Positions 45,519-54,867 of a stretch of 64,000 nt of DNA are shown here, piece by piece. Made by a program: the position numbers and the translations under genes. Position 1 is the stretch's first letter; each line of letters opens with the position of its first letter. The notes below the pieces were generated by a model, which was not told the DNA's origin, searched no databases, and saw only the letters and a program-made list of their open reading frames with translations. The stretch lies in assembly GCA_963843145.1 (NCBI GenBank), contig CAWJJC010000003.1, positions 117,462-181,461 of the forward strand, given 5' to 3'. The DNA comes from an uncultured delta proteobacterium. Lineage in GTDB: Bacteria > Desulfobacterota > RBG-13-43-22.

Positions 45519-46883
45519 ATGTTCCCCCAACTCACAGCCATGCTTTCCCGGATCCAGGCCGAATATGCCGATCTCCGCTATGAAATAAAAAGTGAAACGA
45601 GCATCACTTTCAACGGCCGGGAGCTGACCCAGGTCGGCACCAACACCACCGACGGGTTCGTCCTGCGGGTCCTGAAAGGGGGCGGGTTTTCCTCGGTGAC
45701 CTTCACCCGGGAGGACCAGGCCGAGTGGGCCATCCGCACGGCCCTGGAGAATGCCGGGCTTCTGGCCCGCCATCTGTCCCAACCGGTTTCCCTGGCGCCG
45801 GTTCCGGCCCTGGAAGACACTTTTTCTCCATCTCTCCAAGAAGACCCCCGCCGGGTCCCCTTCGAAGAAAAGCTGGATCTGACCCGTCATTACAATGAAC
45901 TTCCCTACCGATCGACCGGGATAGCCACCACCCAGACCCAGTATGCCGAGATCATCCGGGGAAAATATTTTATCAGCTCGGAAGGGTCCCGCATCCGGGA
46001 GGACCTGATCACCACCCGGCTGGGCGGTACCATAAGCAGCCGTGAAGGGGCTTTGACCCAGACGGTACGGGTCGGCGGCGGGGGCAGCGACGGATTTGCC
46101 CGGCTGCGCAACCAGGAGGGGGAATTCGAGGAAAAAACCAAGATCGCCCTGGATTTGCTGAAGGCGGCCCCGCTGGAAGCCGGCACCTACAACGTGATCC
46201 TCAATCCCGACCTGACCGGCGTCTTTACCCACGAGGCCTTCGGTCATTTCTCGGAGGCCGATCTGATCGAGGACGCCCCCAGCATGCGGGAGCGTTTGAC
46301 CATGGGGGCCGCGCTGGGCAGCGAACAGGTCAGCATCACTGACGACCCGACCCCGCACGGGCAGTTGGGGTATTACCGCTACGATGACGAAGGGGTGGCC
46401 GTCCGGCCTACCCCCCTTTTGCGCCAGGGGGTATTGGTCGGCCGCCTGCATTCCCGACGGACCGCGGCGGCCTTCGGGGAGCCGGTGAGCGGCCACTGTG
46501 TGGCCGAAGATTACCGGTATTCGCCTATCATCCGCATGGGGACCATCTACCTGGAGCCGGGGAAAAAGTCCTTTCAGGAACTGCTCGTCGACCTGGGGGA
46601 CGGCCTGTACCTGCTCAATGCCCTGGGCGGACAGACCAGCGGCGAAAATTTCACCTTCGGGGCCGAATACGGGTATCGGGTCCGGGGCGGCCGGATGCGG
46701 GAAATGGTGCGGGACATCAATATCTCCGGGAACCTCTACCAGACCCTGCAGCGGATACGCTGGGCGGGTAATGACCTGACCCTGAGCCGGACCGGTGGCT
46801 GCGGCAAAGGCCAGTTGAATGTGCGCTCCTGCCACGGGGGGCCTCATGTCCTGATGGAACACATGGTGATCGGAGGCCGCTGA
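45519..46883 (+). CDS. tldD: TldD metalloprotease subunit
   Basis: THEAFGH (HExxxH), YDDEGV, IRMG, GGCGKGQ; ATG at 45519. Confidence 0.9.
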   Translation: MFPQLTAMLSRIQAEYADLRYEIKSETSITFNGRELTQVGTNTTDGFVLRVLKGGGFSSVTFTREDQAEWAIRTALENAGLLARHLSQPVSLAPVPALEDTFSPSLQEDPRRVPFEEKLDLTRHYNELPYRSTGIATTQTQYAEIIRGKYFISSEGSRIREDLITTRLGGTISSREGALTQTVRVGGGGSDGFARLRNQEGEFEEKTKIALDLLKAAPLEAGTYNVILNPDLTGVFTHEAFGHFSEADLIEDAPSMRERLTMGAALGSEQVSITDDPTPHGQLGYYRYDDEGVAVRPTPLLRQGVLVGRLHSRRTAAAFGEPVSGHCVAEDYRYSPIIRMGTIYLEPGKKSFQELLVDLGDGLYLLNALGGQTSGENFTFGAEYGYRVRGGRMREMVRDINISGNLYQTLQRIRWAGNDLTLSRTGGCGKGQLNVRSCHGGPHVLMEHMVIGGR

Positions 46884-48190
46884 TGGAACAACTGCTCGAA
46901 CAGGCCCGCCGGGTCAGCGACCAAAGCGAGGTCTTTTTTCAGGAACAAAGGTCGGACCGCGTCTCTTTCGAAAACGGTCTGCTGAAAAACTTCGAAAGCC
47001 GGGACCAGAGCGGGGTCAGTCTGCGCCTGATCCAGGATGATCAACTGGGATTTGCCTACACCCGTAACCTGCGCCGTCCGGAAGAACTCGTTCAAAATGC
47101 CCTGGCCACGCTGCCGGCCGGGGTGGAGGCCCGTTACGCCTTGCCGGAGCGGTTTACTCCGCCGGACGGTCGGGCCTATGATCCGGCCATCGAAAACCTG
47201 ACGAATACCGGGATGGTTGAAGAGGGGCAGCGTCTGGCCGCCTATTTGGGAGAAAGGGCCGACGGTCAGGTGAACCTGGTGGTCTACCGGTCCGTGACCC
47301 GGGTTCGGCTGATCAACAGCCGCGGGAGCGATCTGGATTGGCGGACCTCCAATTACGGTATACACCTTTCCCTGATGTATCCGGGTTCGTACAATGCCGT
47401 GGAACGAAGCTGGACGGCTAAAAAATTTGAGCCGGTCCCGGAAGCCCTACCCCAGTTCATCCTGAGCCTGTATAACCGCTCCCGCAGAAAGGTGCGTCCG
47501 TCTGGGGGCCGTATGCAATGCCTGTTCCTCCCGGAAACGATCTATCCCCTCATCTGGCGGATTCAAAGCGCCGCCGGCGGGAAGAACATCTTTGAAAACA
47601 TTTCACCGCTGAAGGACCGGATCGACGAGAAGATCTTCGCCGACTGCCTGACCCTGGTCGACGATCCCCAGGAGAGCACGCGTCCCAACGCCCGTGGATT
47701 TGACGACGAGGGCACCCCCTGCGCCCGTTATCCGGTTATCGAAAAGGGGGTCCTGCGCAACTATTATTTTGACCTGACTTATGCGGAAAAAATGGGGGTC
47801 CGGCCATCCGGGCACGGGTATCGGACGGCCCCCTGGGGCGGAGAGGCCATCGCCACCAGGCCCCGGCCGGCCCTGGAATATCTGGTCCTGGAACCGGGCC
47901 GGCGGAGCTTCGCTGAACTGCTGCGGTCCATTGACCGGGGAGTCCTGGTGGCCGGGGCCCTGGGGGCACACAGCGGCAATATTCCCAACGGAGACTTTTC
48001 CTTCGGCCTGGCCCCCGGCATCTACGTGGAAGCCGGGGAAATTCGGGGCGTCCTGGAAGAGACCATGGTGGCCGGGAACATTTACGAAGCGCTGCAAAAC
48101 GTAGTGGACTTGGAGGACCGGGTCTATCCGGCGTCGGAGGGGTATTATCCGGCCCTGCTGTTGGACGACGTCAGCGTGGCCATTGGGTGA
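46883..48190 (+). CDS. pmbA: TldE/PmbA partner subunit
   Basis: FDDEG, GDFSFG; lacks HExxxH; translationally coupled to tldD. Confidence 0.85.
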   Translation: MEQLLEQARRVSDQSEVFFQEQRSDRVSFENGLLKNFESRDQSGVSLRLIQDDQLGFAYTRNLRRPEELVQNALATLPAGVEARYALPERFTPPDGRAYDPAIENLTNTGMVEEGQRLAAYLGERADGQVNLVVYRSVTRVRLINSRGSDLDWRTSNYGIHLSLMYPGSYNAVERSWTAKKFEPVPEALPQFILSLYNRSRRKVRPSGGRMQCLFLPETIYPLIWRIQSAAGGKNIFENISPLKDRIDEKIFADCLTLVDDPQESTRPNARGFDDEGTPCARYPVIEKGVLRNYYFDLTYAEKMGVRPSGHGYRTAPWGGEAIATRPRPALEYLVLEPGRRSFAELLRSIDRGVLVAGALGAHSGNIPNGDFSFGLAPGIYVEAGEIRGVLEETMVAGNIYEALQNVVDLEDRVYPASEGYYPALLLDDVSVAIG

Positions 48191-48380
48191 GAGGGGGAAA
48201 AGATAGAAGAGGGAAGATGGAAGAAGGAAGCAAAAGAACAAAGAAGGGGGAGGAGAGAGGAGAGAAATGAAAGAGGGAAGCGGGAAGGTTCGGGGAATAA
48301 TGGAAAAATGGAATATTGGATTGATGGGGAAAGACATGGCTTATGGGGTTTTCATTATTCCAATATTCCATCATTCCCCG
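48191..48380. repeat. Purine-rich heptamer tract followed by inverted TGGAATAA-type octamer arrays
   Basis: agggaag-atggaag-aaggaag and aggagag x2; then CGGGGAATAATGGAAAAATGGAATATTGG (48291-) and CATTATTCCAATATTCCATCATTCCCCG (-48380). Confidence 0.8.
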
Positions 48381-48420
48381 GTAGCTAAGGGATGATTGAG
48401 GAGAAGGGGACGAGATTCGC

Positions 48421-49035
48421 ATGGCGAAGATGATTGAGGATCTGGAAGGATATTTTGGGAACCTGGTGCCGGGTCGGGATGAGCTGCTGCTGGGACTGGA
48501 ACAAGAAGCCCGAGAGGAAGGCATCCCGATCGTGGGGCCCGTGGTGGGGTACTTGCTTTACTTATTGGCTCGAGGCGCCAATGCCCGGAGGGTGTTGGAA
48601 TTGGGTACCGCCAGCGGTTATTCGGCCATTTTTCTGGGGCGGGCCTGCCGGGAGACCGGAGGTCGGCTGGTCACTCTGGAATGGGATCCCGGGATGGCCG
48701 AGCGGGCCAGGGCTAACCTGCAGCGGGCCGAATTATCGCCCCTCGCGGAAGTGCGGATGGGTAGTGCCCTGGAGCTGATGGATTCCATGGAAGGATCGTA
48801 CGACCTGATTTTCATGGATCTGGACAAGGAATACTACCTGCCGGCCCTTTTTTCTTGTCAGCGCCTGCTTCGGTCCGGGGGGCTTTTGCTGGTCGACAAC
48901 GTGGGTTTTCAGGGGGCCGAACCTTTTAACCGGAAAATATTCTCCGATCCCGACTGGCTGGCCATCCCCTGGCTGGCCTTTCTTCCCGGACACTCCCCGG
49001 AAAGGGATGGGTTGATGATCGCCCTGCGCCGATAA
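48421..49035 (+). CDS. Class I SAM-dependent O-methyltransferase (COMT/YrrM-like)
   Basis: IPIVGP, VLELGTASGYSA, DLIFMDLDK, VDNV. Confidence 0.9.
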   Translation: MAKMIEDLEGYFGNLVPGRDELLLGLEQEAREEGIPIVGPVVGYLLYLLARGANARRVLELGTASGYSAIFLGRACRETGGRLVTLEWDPGMAERARANLQRAELSPLAEVRMGSALELMDSMEGSYDLIFMDLDKEYYLPALFSCQRLLRSGGLLLVDNVGFQGAEPFNRKIFSDPDWLAIPWLAFLPGHSPERDGLMIALRR

Positions 49036-49087
49036 ATTTTTTCAGCCATTGTTCTGAGAATTTGTCTCCAACAATGGCTGAAAAAAT

Positions 49088-49702
49088 TTATAATGCCTTT
49101 TTCTTTAAGAGCACTTCCCAAAAACCCCTTTCGGATCCGGAATAAATTTTTCGGAGGTTGGGCAGATGCTGAAAAAATAAGAGGGACATAATAGCCACGG
49201 TCAGACCCAGTCGGATCAGGGAGGGATCGAAATGGTAGGCAATAAAAGGCAGGAGAATAAAGACGGCGATGGAACCGACGGCCACATAATTGCTGATCAG
49301 GGTGATCACGGATTGAATCCCGAAGGCGAGCAGGCCGACCCGCCAATCGGCCGCCAGCAGCACACCGTACAGTGTGGCCACCCCTTTTCCCCCTCGAAAC
49401 CCCAGAAAAAATGGGTAAATATGTCCCAGGATGGCGAAAATGCCGGCTAATAGGGCCATCGTCGGCTCAGTGGTCCAATAATACCTGACCAGGAAAACCG
49501 CCAAAAAACCTTTAGCCGCATCGACCAAGAAAGTAACTATTCCATACCCTAAACCCAGCGTTATGGTAACATTGGAAGCCCCGGCGTTGGTGGTGCCATA
49601 GTCCCGAATATCGATTTTGCTGGTCCATTTCCCCAAGAAGTAGGCGGTCTGGATATTTCCGAACAGGTACCCCAGACCAATGGAAATAATCAAGGCGGTC
49701 AT
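49088..49702 (-). CDS. plsY: Glycerol-3-phosphate acyltransferase PlsY
   Basis: DIRDYGTTNAGASNV, DAAKG, GHIYP, FRGGKGVAT, HLPNL. Confidence 0.92.
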   Translation of the reverse strand: MTALIISIGLGYLFGNIQTAYFLGKWTSKIDIRDYGTTNAGASNVTITLGLGYGIVTFLVDAAKGFLAVFLVRYYWTTEPTMALLAGIFAILGHIYPFFLGFRGGKGVATLYGVLLAADWRVGLLAFGIQSVITLISNYVAVGSIAVFILLPFIAYHFDPSLIRLGLTVAIMSLLFFQHLPNLRKIYSGSERGFWEVLLKKKAL

Positions 49703-49737
49703 GCGCTTATTATTAACAAAGCGAAACGAATCCTTCC

Positions 49738-51156
49738 ATGAAAAAAAACGGCAGCGATTTAATCAGTAGAAAGAGGGATTTCCCGGGATCACCGCCAGCG
49801 TTGTCCCGAATAATCCCCGAGGGAGAAGGGAAAGGGGTCTGGGACCAGGTCCATAACCTTTCCGATATTCTCGACAGCTTGGGGGAAGGGATTATTGCCC
49901 ACGATCTGGATCGCAGGGTTCTTTACTTCAACCGGGCGGCCGAGGCGGTCACCGGGTATTTCCGGGAGGAGGTACTGGGCCGGGATTGTCATCAAGTCTT
50001 CGGAGTCCCATTTTGCGGGGAGCTTTGTCTTTTTTGCGGTCAGCAGGTTCACCAGGATCTGGAAAAAAAAGAATATTCTCTGCAGATTCTGGATCGGAAA
50101 GGGATTAGCCACCGCTTGGAGATGACCGTGGTGGGCATGAAAAACAGCGAAGGGCGGTTGATCGGGGTCCTGGCCTCCTTCCGGGATGTGACGGACATTC
50201 TGGACAAACGCAGCGCCCAATCTCAGGCCAATAGTTTTGCCGGCCTGGTGGGCGCCCACTCCAGCATGAGGGAAATTTTTCAGTTGATCCGAGACCTGGC
50301 CCACAGCGAGGTGAGCGTCTGTATTACCGGTGAAACGGGAACCGGCAAGGAACTGGTGGCTACGGCCATTCACCGGGAAAGCTGGCGGGGGGACGGGCCC
50401 TTTGTCCCCATCAATTGTGGGGCGCTGCCCGAGGGGGTTTTAGAGAGTGAGCTTTTCGGTCACGTTAAAGGGGCCTTTACCGGAGCGATACATAACCGGA
50501 AGGGACGCTTCGAATTGGCCAACCAGGGGACTCTTTTCCTGGATGAAGTGGCCGAGCTCCCGGCCGGGTTGCAGGTGAAGCTCCTGCGGGTGTTGCAGGA
50601 AGGCTGTTTTGAGCCGGTGGGCAGCGAAAAGACCATCCGGGTGGATGTCCGGGTGATCAGCGCCACCAACCGGGATTTGAAGGAGATGGTTCAGCGGGGT
50701 ACTTTCCGTCAGGATTTATTCTACCGCCTCAATGTCATTCCGGTTCAGGTCCCCAGTCTACGGCAGAGGGTTTCCGATATCCCCCTGCTGATCGACCATT
50801 TCCTGAGCCTGTTTACGCGGCAAGGCAAAAAAACGGTACAGCTCCATCCGGATACCCATCACTTGTTGCTGAATTATCCCTGGCCGGGAAATGTTCGTGA
50901 ACTGCATAACGCCCTGGAATATGCCCTGATCCGCAGCAAGGGCCAGGTGATCCTCCCCCAAGACCTGCCGCCCGAAGTGCAACAGGATAAAGAGGAAAAA
51001 ATAACCGCAAAAGGGAGGCCGATGGCCTTGAATGCCTCGATGGTGCGCGAAGCCCTGAGCCTTTCCGCGGGCAACCGCAGCCTGGCGGCGCGACACCTGG
51101 GGGTAGGCCGGGCCACCCTGTACCGCTTTTTGAAAGACAACCCTGATGTCTCATGA
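49738..51156 (+). CDS. Sigma54-dependent activator: Cys-motif PAS, AAA+ and Fis HTH domains; start uncertain
   Basis: PAS (FNRAAEAVTGY) with C-x8-C-x3-C-x2-C; GETGTGKE, GAFTGA, FLDEV, WPGNVREL; C-terminal HTH. Confidence 0.95.
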   Translation: MKKNGSDLISRKRDFPGSPPALSRIIPEGEGKGVWDQVHNLSDILDSLGEGIIAHDLDRRVLYFNRAAEAVTGYFREEVLGRDCHQVFGVPFCGELCLFCGQQVHQDLEKKEYSLQILDRKGISHRLEMTVVGMKNSEGRLIGVLASFRDVTDILDKRSAQSQANSFAGLVGAHSSMREIFQLIRDLAHSEVSVCITGETGTGKELVATAIHRESWRGDGPFVPINCGALPEGVLESELFGHVKGAFTGAIHNRKGRFELANQGTLFLDEVAELPAGLQVKLLRVLQEGCFEPVGSEKTIRVDVRVISATNRDLKEMVQRGTFRQDLFYRLNVIPVQVPSLRQRVSDIPLLIDHFLSLFTRQGKKTVQLHPDTHHLLLNYPWPGNVRELHNALEYALIRSKGQVILPQDLPPEVQQDKEEKITAKGRPMALNASMVREALSLSAGNRSLAARHLGVGRATLYRFLKDNPDVS

Positions 51157-51276
51157 TACACATTTGTCTCGAAATAATATTGATACAACCTCTGGTAAGT
51201 AAATTTATTATTAAAACGATAAGTTGAATAGAAAAGAGGGGGTAGTCGATCGGGAGTATCCATATGAAGTGAGACA
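51147..51276. promoter_or_regulatory. Candidate upstream activator sites (TGTCTC/GA(T/G)ACA half-sites)
   Basis: TGTCTCATGATACA 51147-51160; TGTCTC..TGATACA 51165-51187; GTATCCA..TGAGACA 51256-51276. Confidence 0.55.
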
Positions 51277-51311
51277 ATAAGCGCCTTTCCCCTGCACGAA
51301 GATATATTATT

Positions 51312-51324
51312 CAATATATTGATT
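51312..51324 (-). promoter_or_regulatory. IHF binding site
   Basis: Reverse strand AATCAATATATTG matches WATCAA-N4-TTR, between the candidate enhancer and the promoter. Confidence 0.65.
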
Positions 51325-51353
51325 TCATTTTAAAAATTAAAATATATCGGGTT

Positions 51354-51369
51354 TGGAACGGTGCTTGCA
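51354..51369 (+). promoter_or_regulatory. Sigma54 -24/-12 promoter of cydAB
   Basis: TGGAAC-GGTGC-TTGCA with GG-N10-GC spacing, 55 nt upstream of the cydA ATG. Confidence 0.85.
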
Positions 51370-51424
51370 TTTGTCCCATCGAAAGACCGGGGTATCCGGT
51401 CTTACCTTGAAAGGGGGTATTTCT

Positions 51425-52735
51425 ATGGATGCCGTCTTTTTGTCACGATTGCAGTTTGCCGCCGCCACTTTCTTCCACTTTTTATTCGTCCCGCTGACCC
51501 TGGGACTATCCATCCTCATCGCCATCCTGGAAACCCGCTATGCCCGAACCGGGGACCAGGAGCTGTACCGGGCGGCCCGGTTCTGGGGAAAAATCTTTCT
51601 GATCAATTTCGCGGTCGGGGTGGTGACCGGGATCACGCTCGAATTCCAGTTCGGCACCAACTGGTCACGGTACTCGACCTACGTGGGGGACATTTTCGGG
51701 TCCCTGCTGGCCATCGAGGCCTCGGTGGCCTTCTTCCTGGAGTCGACCTTTATCGGCGTCTGGATTTATGGCTGGAAACGGTTCACGCCGAAAACCCACG
51801 CGGTGGCCATTTGGCTGGTAGCCGGCGCCTCTAATGTGTCCGCCTTCTGGATCCTGATCGCCAACGCCTGGATGCAGCACCCGGTGGGGTATGCCATCCG
51901 CAACGGCCGGGCCGAACTGACCGATTTCATGGCTGTGGTTACCCAGCCCTTTGCCTGGCACACTATTCTGCATACCCTGTCCGGCGCCTATATCCTGTCG
52001 GCCTTTTTCATGATGGGCATCAGCGCCTGGTTCCTGCTGCGCAAGAAAGAGGTTTCCCTGTTCACCCGGTCCTTCAAACTCGCCCTGACCTTCGGCGTGA
52101 TCTTCAGCCTGGTGGCGGTGATCCACGGTCATTATAACGGGGGTGAAGTAGCCGCCACCCAACCGACCAAACTGGCGGCCATGGAAGCCAACTGGGAAAC
52201 CCAGAAAAACGCTCCGATTTACCTGCTGGCCATACCGGATCCGGATAACGAACGGAATGCCGTGCAAATCGGGCCCCTCCCGGGACTGCTCAGTTTTATG
52301 GCCTACCACTCTACCTCGGCTGAAGTGAAGGGCTTAAAGGCCTGGCCCAAGGAGGAGCGTCCGCCGGTCCTGCTGGTCTTTACGGCCTTCAAGATCATGG
52401 TCGGGTTGGGATTTCTCTTCATACTGCTGATGATCATCGGCTGGTTCCTCCGCAACCGATTGCTGGAAGCTCCCTGGTATTTAAAGATCATGCTCTACGC
52501 CATCCCATTGCCGTATATCGCCAATCAAGCGGGATGGGCCGTCACGGAGGTGGGCCGGCAACCCTGGATTGTTTATGGGATGTTGAAAACGTCCCAGGCC
52601 GCTTCGCCGGTGTCCGCTTCCCAGGTGGGGATTTCCCTGGCTGCCTTCATCGTGGTTTACGGTACTATCGCCTTGTTTTATCTCTATTTGCTGCGCCGGA
52701 CCGTGATCAACGGGCCGGAGACGGCACGTTCTTAA
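51425..52735 (+). CDS. cydA: Cytochrome bd quinol oxidase subunit I
   Basis: LSRLQFA..FFHFLFVP, EFQFGTNW, QPTKLAAME, EVGRQPW; ATG at 51425. Confidence 0.97.
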   Translation: MDAVFLSRLQFAAATFFHFLFVPLTLGLSILIAILETRYARTGDQELYRAARFWGKIFLINFAVGVVTGITLEFQFGTNWSRYSTYVGDIFGSLLAIEASVAFFLESTFIGVWIYGWKRFTPKTHAVAIWLVAGASNVSAFWILIANAWMQHPVGYAIRNGRAELTDFMAVVTQPFAWHTILHTLSGAYILSAFFMMGISAWFLLRKKEVSLFTRSFKLALTFGVIFSLVAVIHGHYNGGEVAATQPTKLAAMEANWETQKNAPIYLLAIPDPDNERNAVQIGPLPGLLSFMAYHSTSAEVKGLKAWPKEERPPVLLVFTAFKIMVGLGFLFILLMIIGWFLRNRLLEAPWYLKIMLYAIPLPYIANQAGWAVTEVGRQPWIVYGMLKTSQAASPVSASQVGISLAAFIVVYGTIALFYLYLLRRTVINGPETARS

Positions 52736-52754
52736 AGGGAAGGAGGGGATCTTT

Positions 52755-53777
52755 ATGTTAGCGACTATCTGGTTTTTACTCTGGGGAATCCTGTGGGCGG
52801 TCTATTTTATTTTGGATGGGTTTGATCTGGGGTTGGGTGCCCTGAGCCCCTTTCTGGCTCGGAATGAAATGGAGAAAAAGGCCGTCTATCACGCGCTAGG
52901 GCCCGTGTGGAGCGGCAACGAGGTCTGGCTGATCACCGCCGGCGGGGTAACTTTTGCGGCTTTTCCGACCACCTATGCCGTCATGTTTTCTTCCCTCTAT
53001 TCAGCCCTCATGCTGGTCCTTTTCGCCCTGATCGTCCGAGGGGTTTCCGTGGAGTTCCGGGGCCTGGTGGCGTCTCCCGGCTGGCGGCGGTTCTGGGACT
53101 GGGGCTTCTTTATCGGCAGCTTTCTGCCGGCCCTGCTTTTCGGGGTGGCCTTCGCCAATCTTTTTATGGGTCTTCCGCTCAATGCCGAGGGGATCAACCA
53201 GGGCGGGCTATTCGACCTGTTGAACCCCTACGGTTTGTTGGGTGGACTCCTTTTCCTGTCCCTTTTCCTGCAACACGGCGCCCTTTGGCTGGCCCTGCGG
53301 ACCGAAGGGGACCTGTCCCGAAGGGCGGGCGGGCTGGCCACCGGGCTCTGGATCCCGGTCCTGGTCCTGGCCGTTTTGTTCCTGGCGGCCACCTACGGCT
53401 ATACCGGGCTCTGGAATAATTATTTCCATAACCCGGTTCTATTGATCCTGCCGGTCCTGGCTGTGGTCTGCCTGCTGCTGACCCGGCTTAAGATGGCCGG
53501 AAAATCCTGGGGCGGGGCCTGGGTCTTTTCAGCCGGAACCATTGCCCTGGCCACCTTATTCGGGGTCGTCGGACTATATCCCAACCTGATTCCTTCCAGT
53601 CTGAATTCGGCTTGGTCCTTGACCGTCAGCAACTCCGCTTCCTCGGCCTTGACGCTGAAAATCATGCTCGGAGTGGCCCTGGTTTTTGTCCCCATTGTGA
53701 TTATTTACCAGTCCCTGGTGTATCGGGCTTTTTTCTATAAGATTACCGCGGAGCATTTGAAGGAGGAGGTGTACTAG
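52755..53777 (+). CDS. cydB: Cytochrome bd quinol oxidase subunit II
   Basis: LDGFDLG, PVWSGNEVWL, FAAFP. Confidence 0.97.
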   Translation: MLATIWFLLWGILWAVYFILDGFDLGLGALSPFLARNEMEKKAVYHALGPVWSGNEVWLITAGGVTFAAFPTTYAVMFSSLYSALMLVLFALIVRGVSVEFRGLVASPGWRRFWDWGFFIGSFLPALLFGVAFANLFMGLPLNAEGINQGGLFDLLNPYGLLGGLLFLSLFLQHGALWLALRTEGDLSRRAGGLATGLWIPVLVLAVLFLAATYGYTGLWNNYFHNPVLLILPVLAVVCLLLTRLKMAGKSWGGAWVFSAGTIALATLFGVVGLYPNLIPSSLNSAWSLTVSNSASSALTLKIMLGVALVFVPIVIIYQSLVYRAFFYKITAEHLKEEVY

Positions 53778-53803
53778 GTCTTATGGTTGATAATAAACAA
53801 GGG

Positions 53804-53835
53804 TTAATAATTAATAATCAATTGTTAATTATTAA
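53804..53835. promoter_or_regulatory. AT-rich inverted repeat upstream of the rubrerythrin-like gene (candidate Fur/PerR-family operator)
   Basis: TTAATAATTAATAA-tcaa-TTGTTAATTATTAA: 14-bp arms, one mismatch. Confidence 0.45.
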
Positions 53836-53908
53836 GTGTTAATGATGGCTTAATTTGATTTAATTTACAAAAAAACTTATCCCGAATAAAAAAGAAAAGG
53901 AGAAAGCC

Positions 53909-54331
53909 ATGAGTGAATTAGTCATTGAGAACCTGGTGGGAGTGACCAAAGACACCCCCGTGGAAAAGGATGTGATGGACAATTTCCGTGGTGAGACCGC
54001 CGAAGTGGGTCTCTATTTGGCCATGGCCCGGGTGGCCGAACGGGAAGGGTTCCCGGAAGTCTCCCGGTCATTGAAGGATATTGCCTGGGACGAGGCCAAC
54101 CACGCCGCCCAGTTTGCCGAGTTGAACGGTCTGGTCAGCACCAGCACCAAGGAAAACATGGAGCGGATGCTGAAGGGCGAACGGATGGCCAACAAGGGCA
54201 AGCGGGAGGCCGCCCTGCGTTCCAAGGAATGCAATTGCGACCCGGCCCACGACTTCTTCGATGAATCCGCCCGGGACGAAGGACGCCACGCCCGGGCACT
54301 GGAAGGACTGCTGAAACGCTATTTCTCCTAG
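53909..54331 (+). CDS. Rubrerythrin-like ferritin-fold di-iron protein lacking a rubredoxin domain
   Basis: [28 protein letters not shown] and DEGRH (ExxH pairs). Confidence 0.88.
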   Translation: MSELVIENLVGVTKDTPVEKDVMDNFRGETAEVGLYLAMARVAEREGFPEVSRSLKDIAWDEANHAAQFAELNGLVSTSTKENMERMLKGERMANKGKREAALRSKECNCDPAHDFFDESARDEGRHARALEGLLKRYFS

Positions 54332-54348
54332 GCCTCCCCTCCCTCCTC

Positions 54349-54397
54349 CCGGCCGGCAGCCGATGTTGATCAATCTCCTGTCGGCCGGATTTTTTTT
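54349..54397 (+). terminator. Intrinsic terminator after the rubrerythrin-like gene
   Basis: CCGGCCGGCAG...CTGTCGGCCGG stem followed by a T8 tract. Confidence 0.7.
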
Positions 54398-54867
54398 CAG
54401 ATTCCTTCGCGCGGTTCCAGATAAATCCGTTCGAAATTTTGCAGGAATTCTCCGGGAGTAACTATTTTGAACTGACCTCGTTTGCCGGTTTTTCCAGAGA
54501 AGAAATGTTTTTTGTCCAGTGTAATTAAAAAGTCCACTTGTGCTTTTTTCGCAGCGGCCAGGATGGGAGCATCTTTTACATGGATCACCAAGGCGGCCGC
54601 TTGGATTTCCGCCGGGGAAGGGTCGTCTACAATTATAGGGGAGAGCTGTCGCAAAAAACGACGAAATCGATCCACCATTTTAGGAAGCTTTGCCGTCACG
54701 TTTCGATCAGCCTCGACCAATACTTGCCGACTGATAACCAATTTAATTATCCCCGCTTCGCCAAGGTCCAGAACGGAGGCTGACGCACCGGTAACCGAGG
54801 CCAAACCGGCAATTAGAACACTGGTATCAATAAATACCTTATTCCCGGGGAAGTGCCTCTGAGGCAT
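54397..54867 (-). CDS. PIN-domain toxin (type II TA)
   Basis: VFIDTSVL, KDAPILAAA, LITLDKKHF. Confidence 0.9.
   Translation of the reverse strand: MPQRHFPGNKVFIDTSVLIAGLASVTGASASVLDLGEAGIIKLVISRQVLVEADRNVTAKLPKMVDRFRRFLRQLSPIIVDDPSPAEIQAAALVIHVKDAPILAAAKKAQVDFLITLDKKHFFSGKTGKRGQFKIVTPGEFLQNFERIYLEPREGI

Noticed and set aside
45477-46862. Long antisense ORFs (461 aa here; also 37095-38174 and 11779-12699)
   Set aside because: Shadow ORFs of GC-rich codon usage opposite well-conserved genes, with no recognisable motifs.
35749-48380. Intergenic repeats as CRISPR arrays
   Set aside because: Units are 7-8 nt degenerate or nested palindromes with no repeat-spacer periodicity, and there are no cas genes.
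45519-49035. tldD/tldE plus methyltransferase as a RiPP cluster
   Set aside because: No precursor peptide, YcaO, RRE or exporter is visible; stand-alone tldDE pairs are common.
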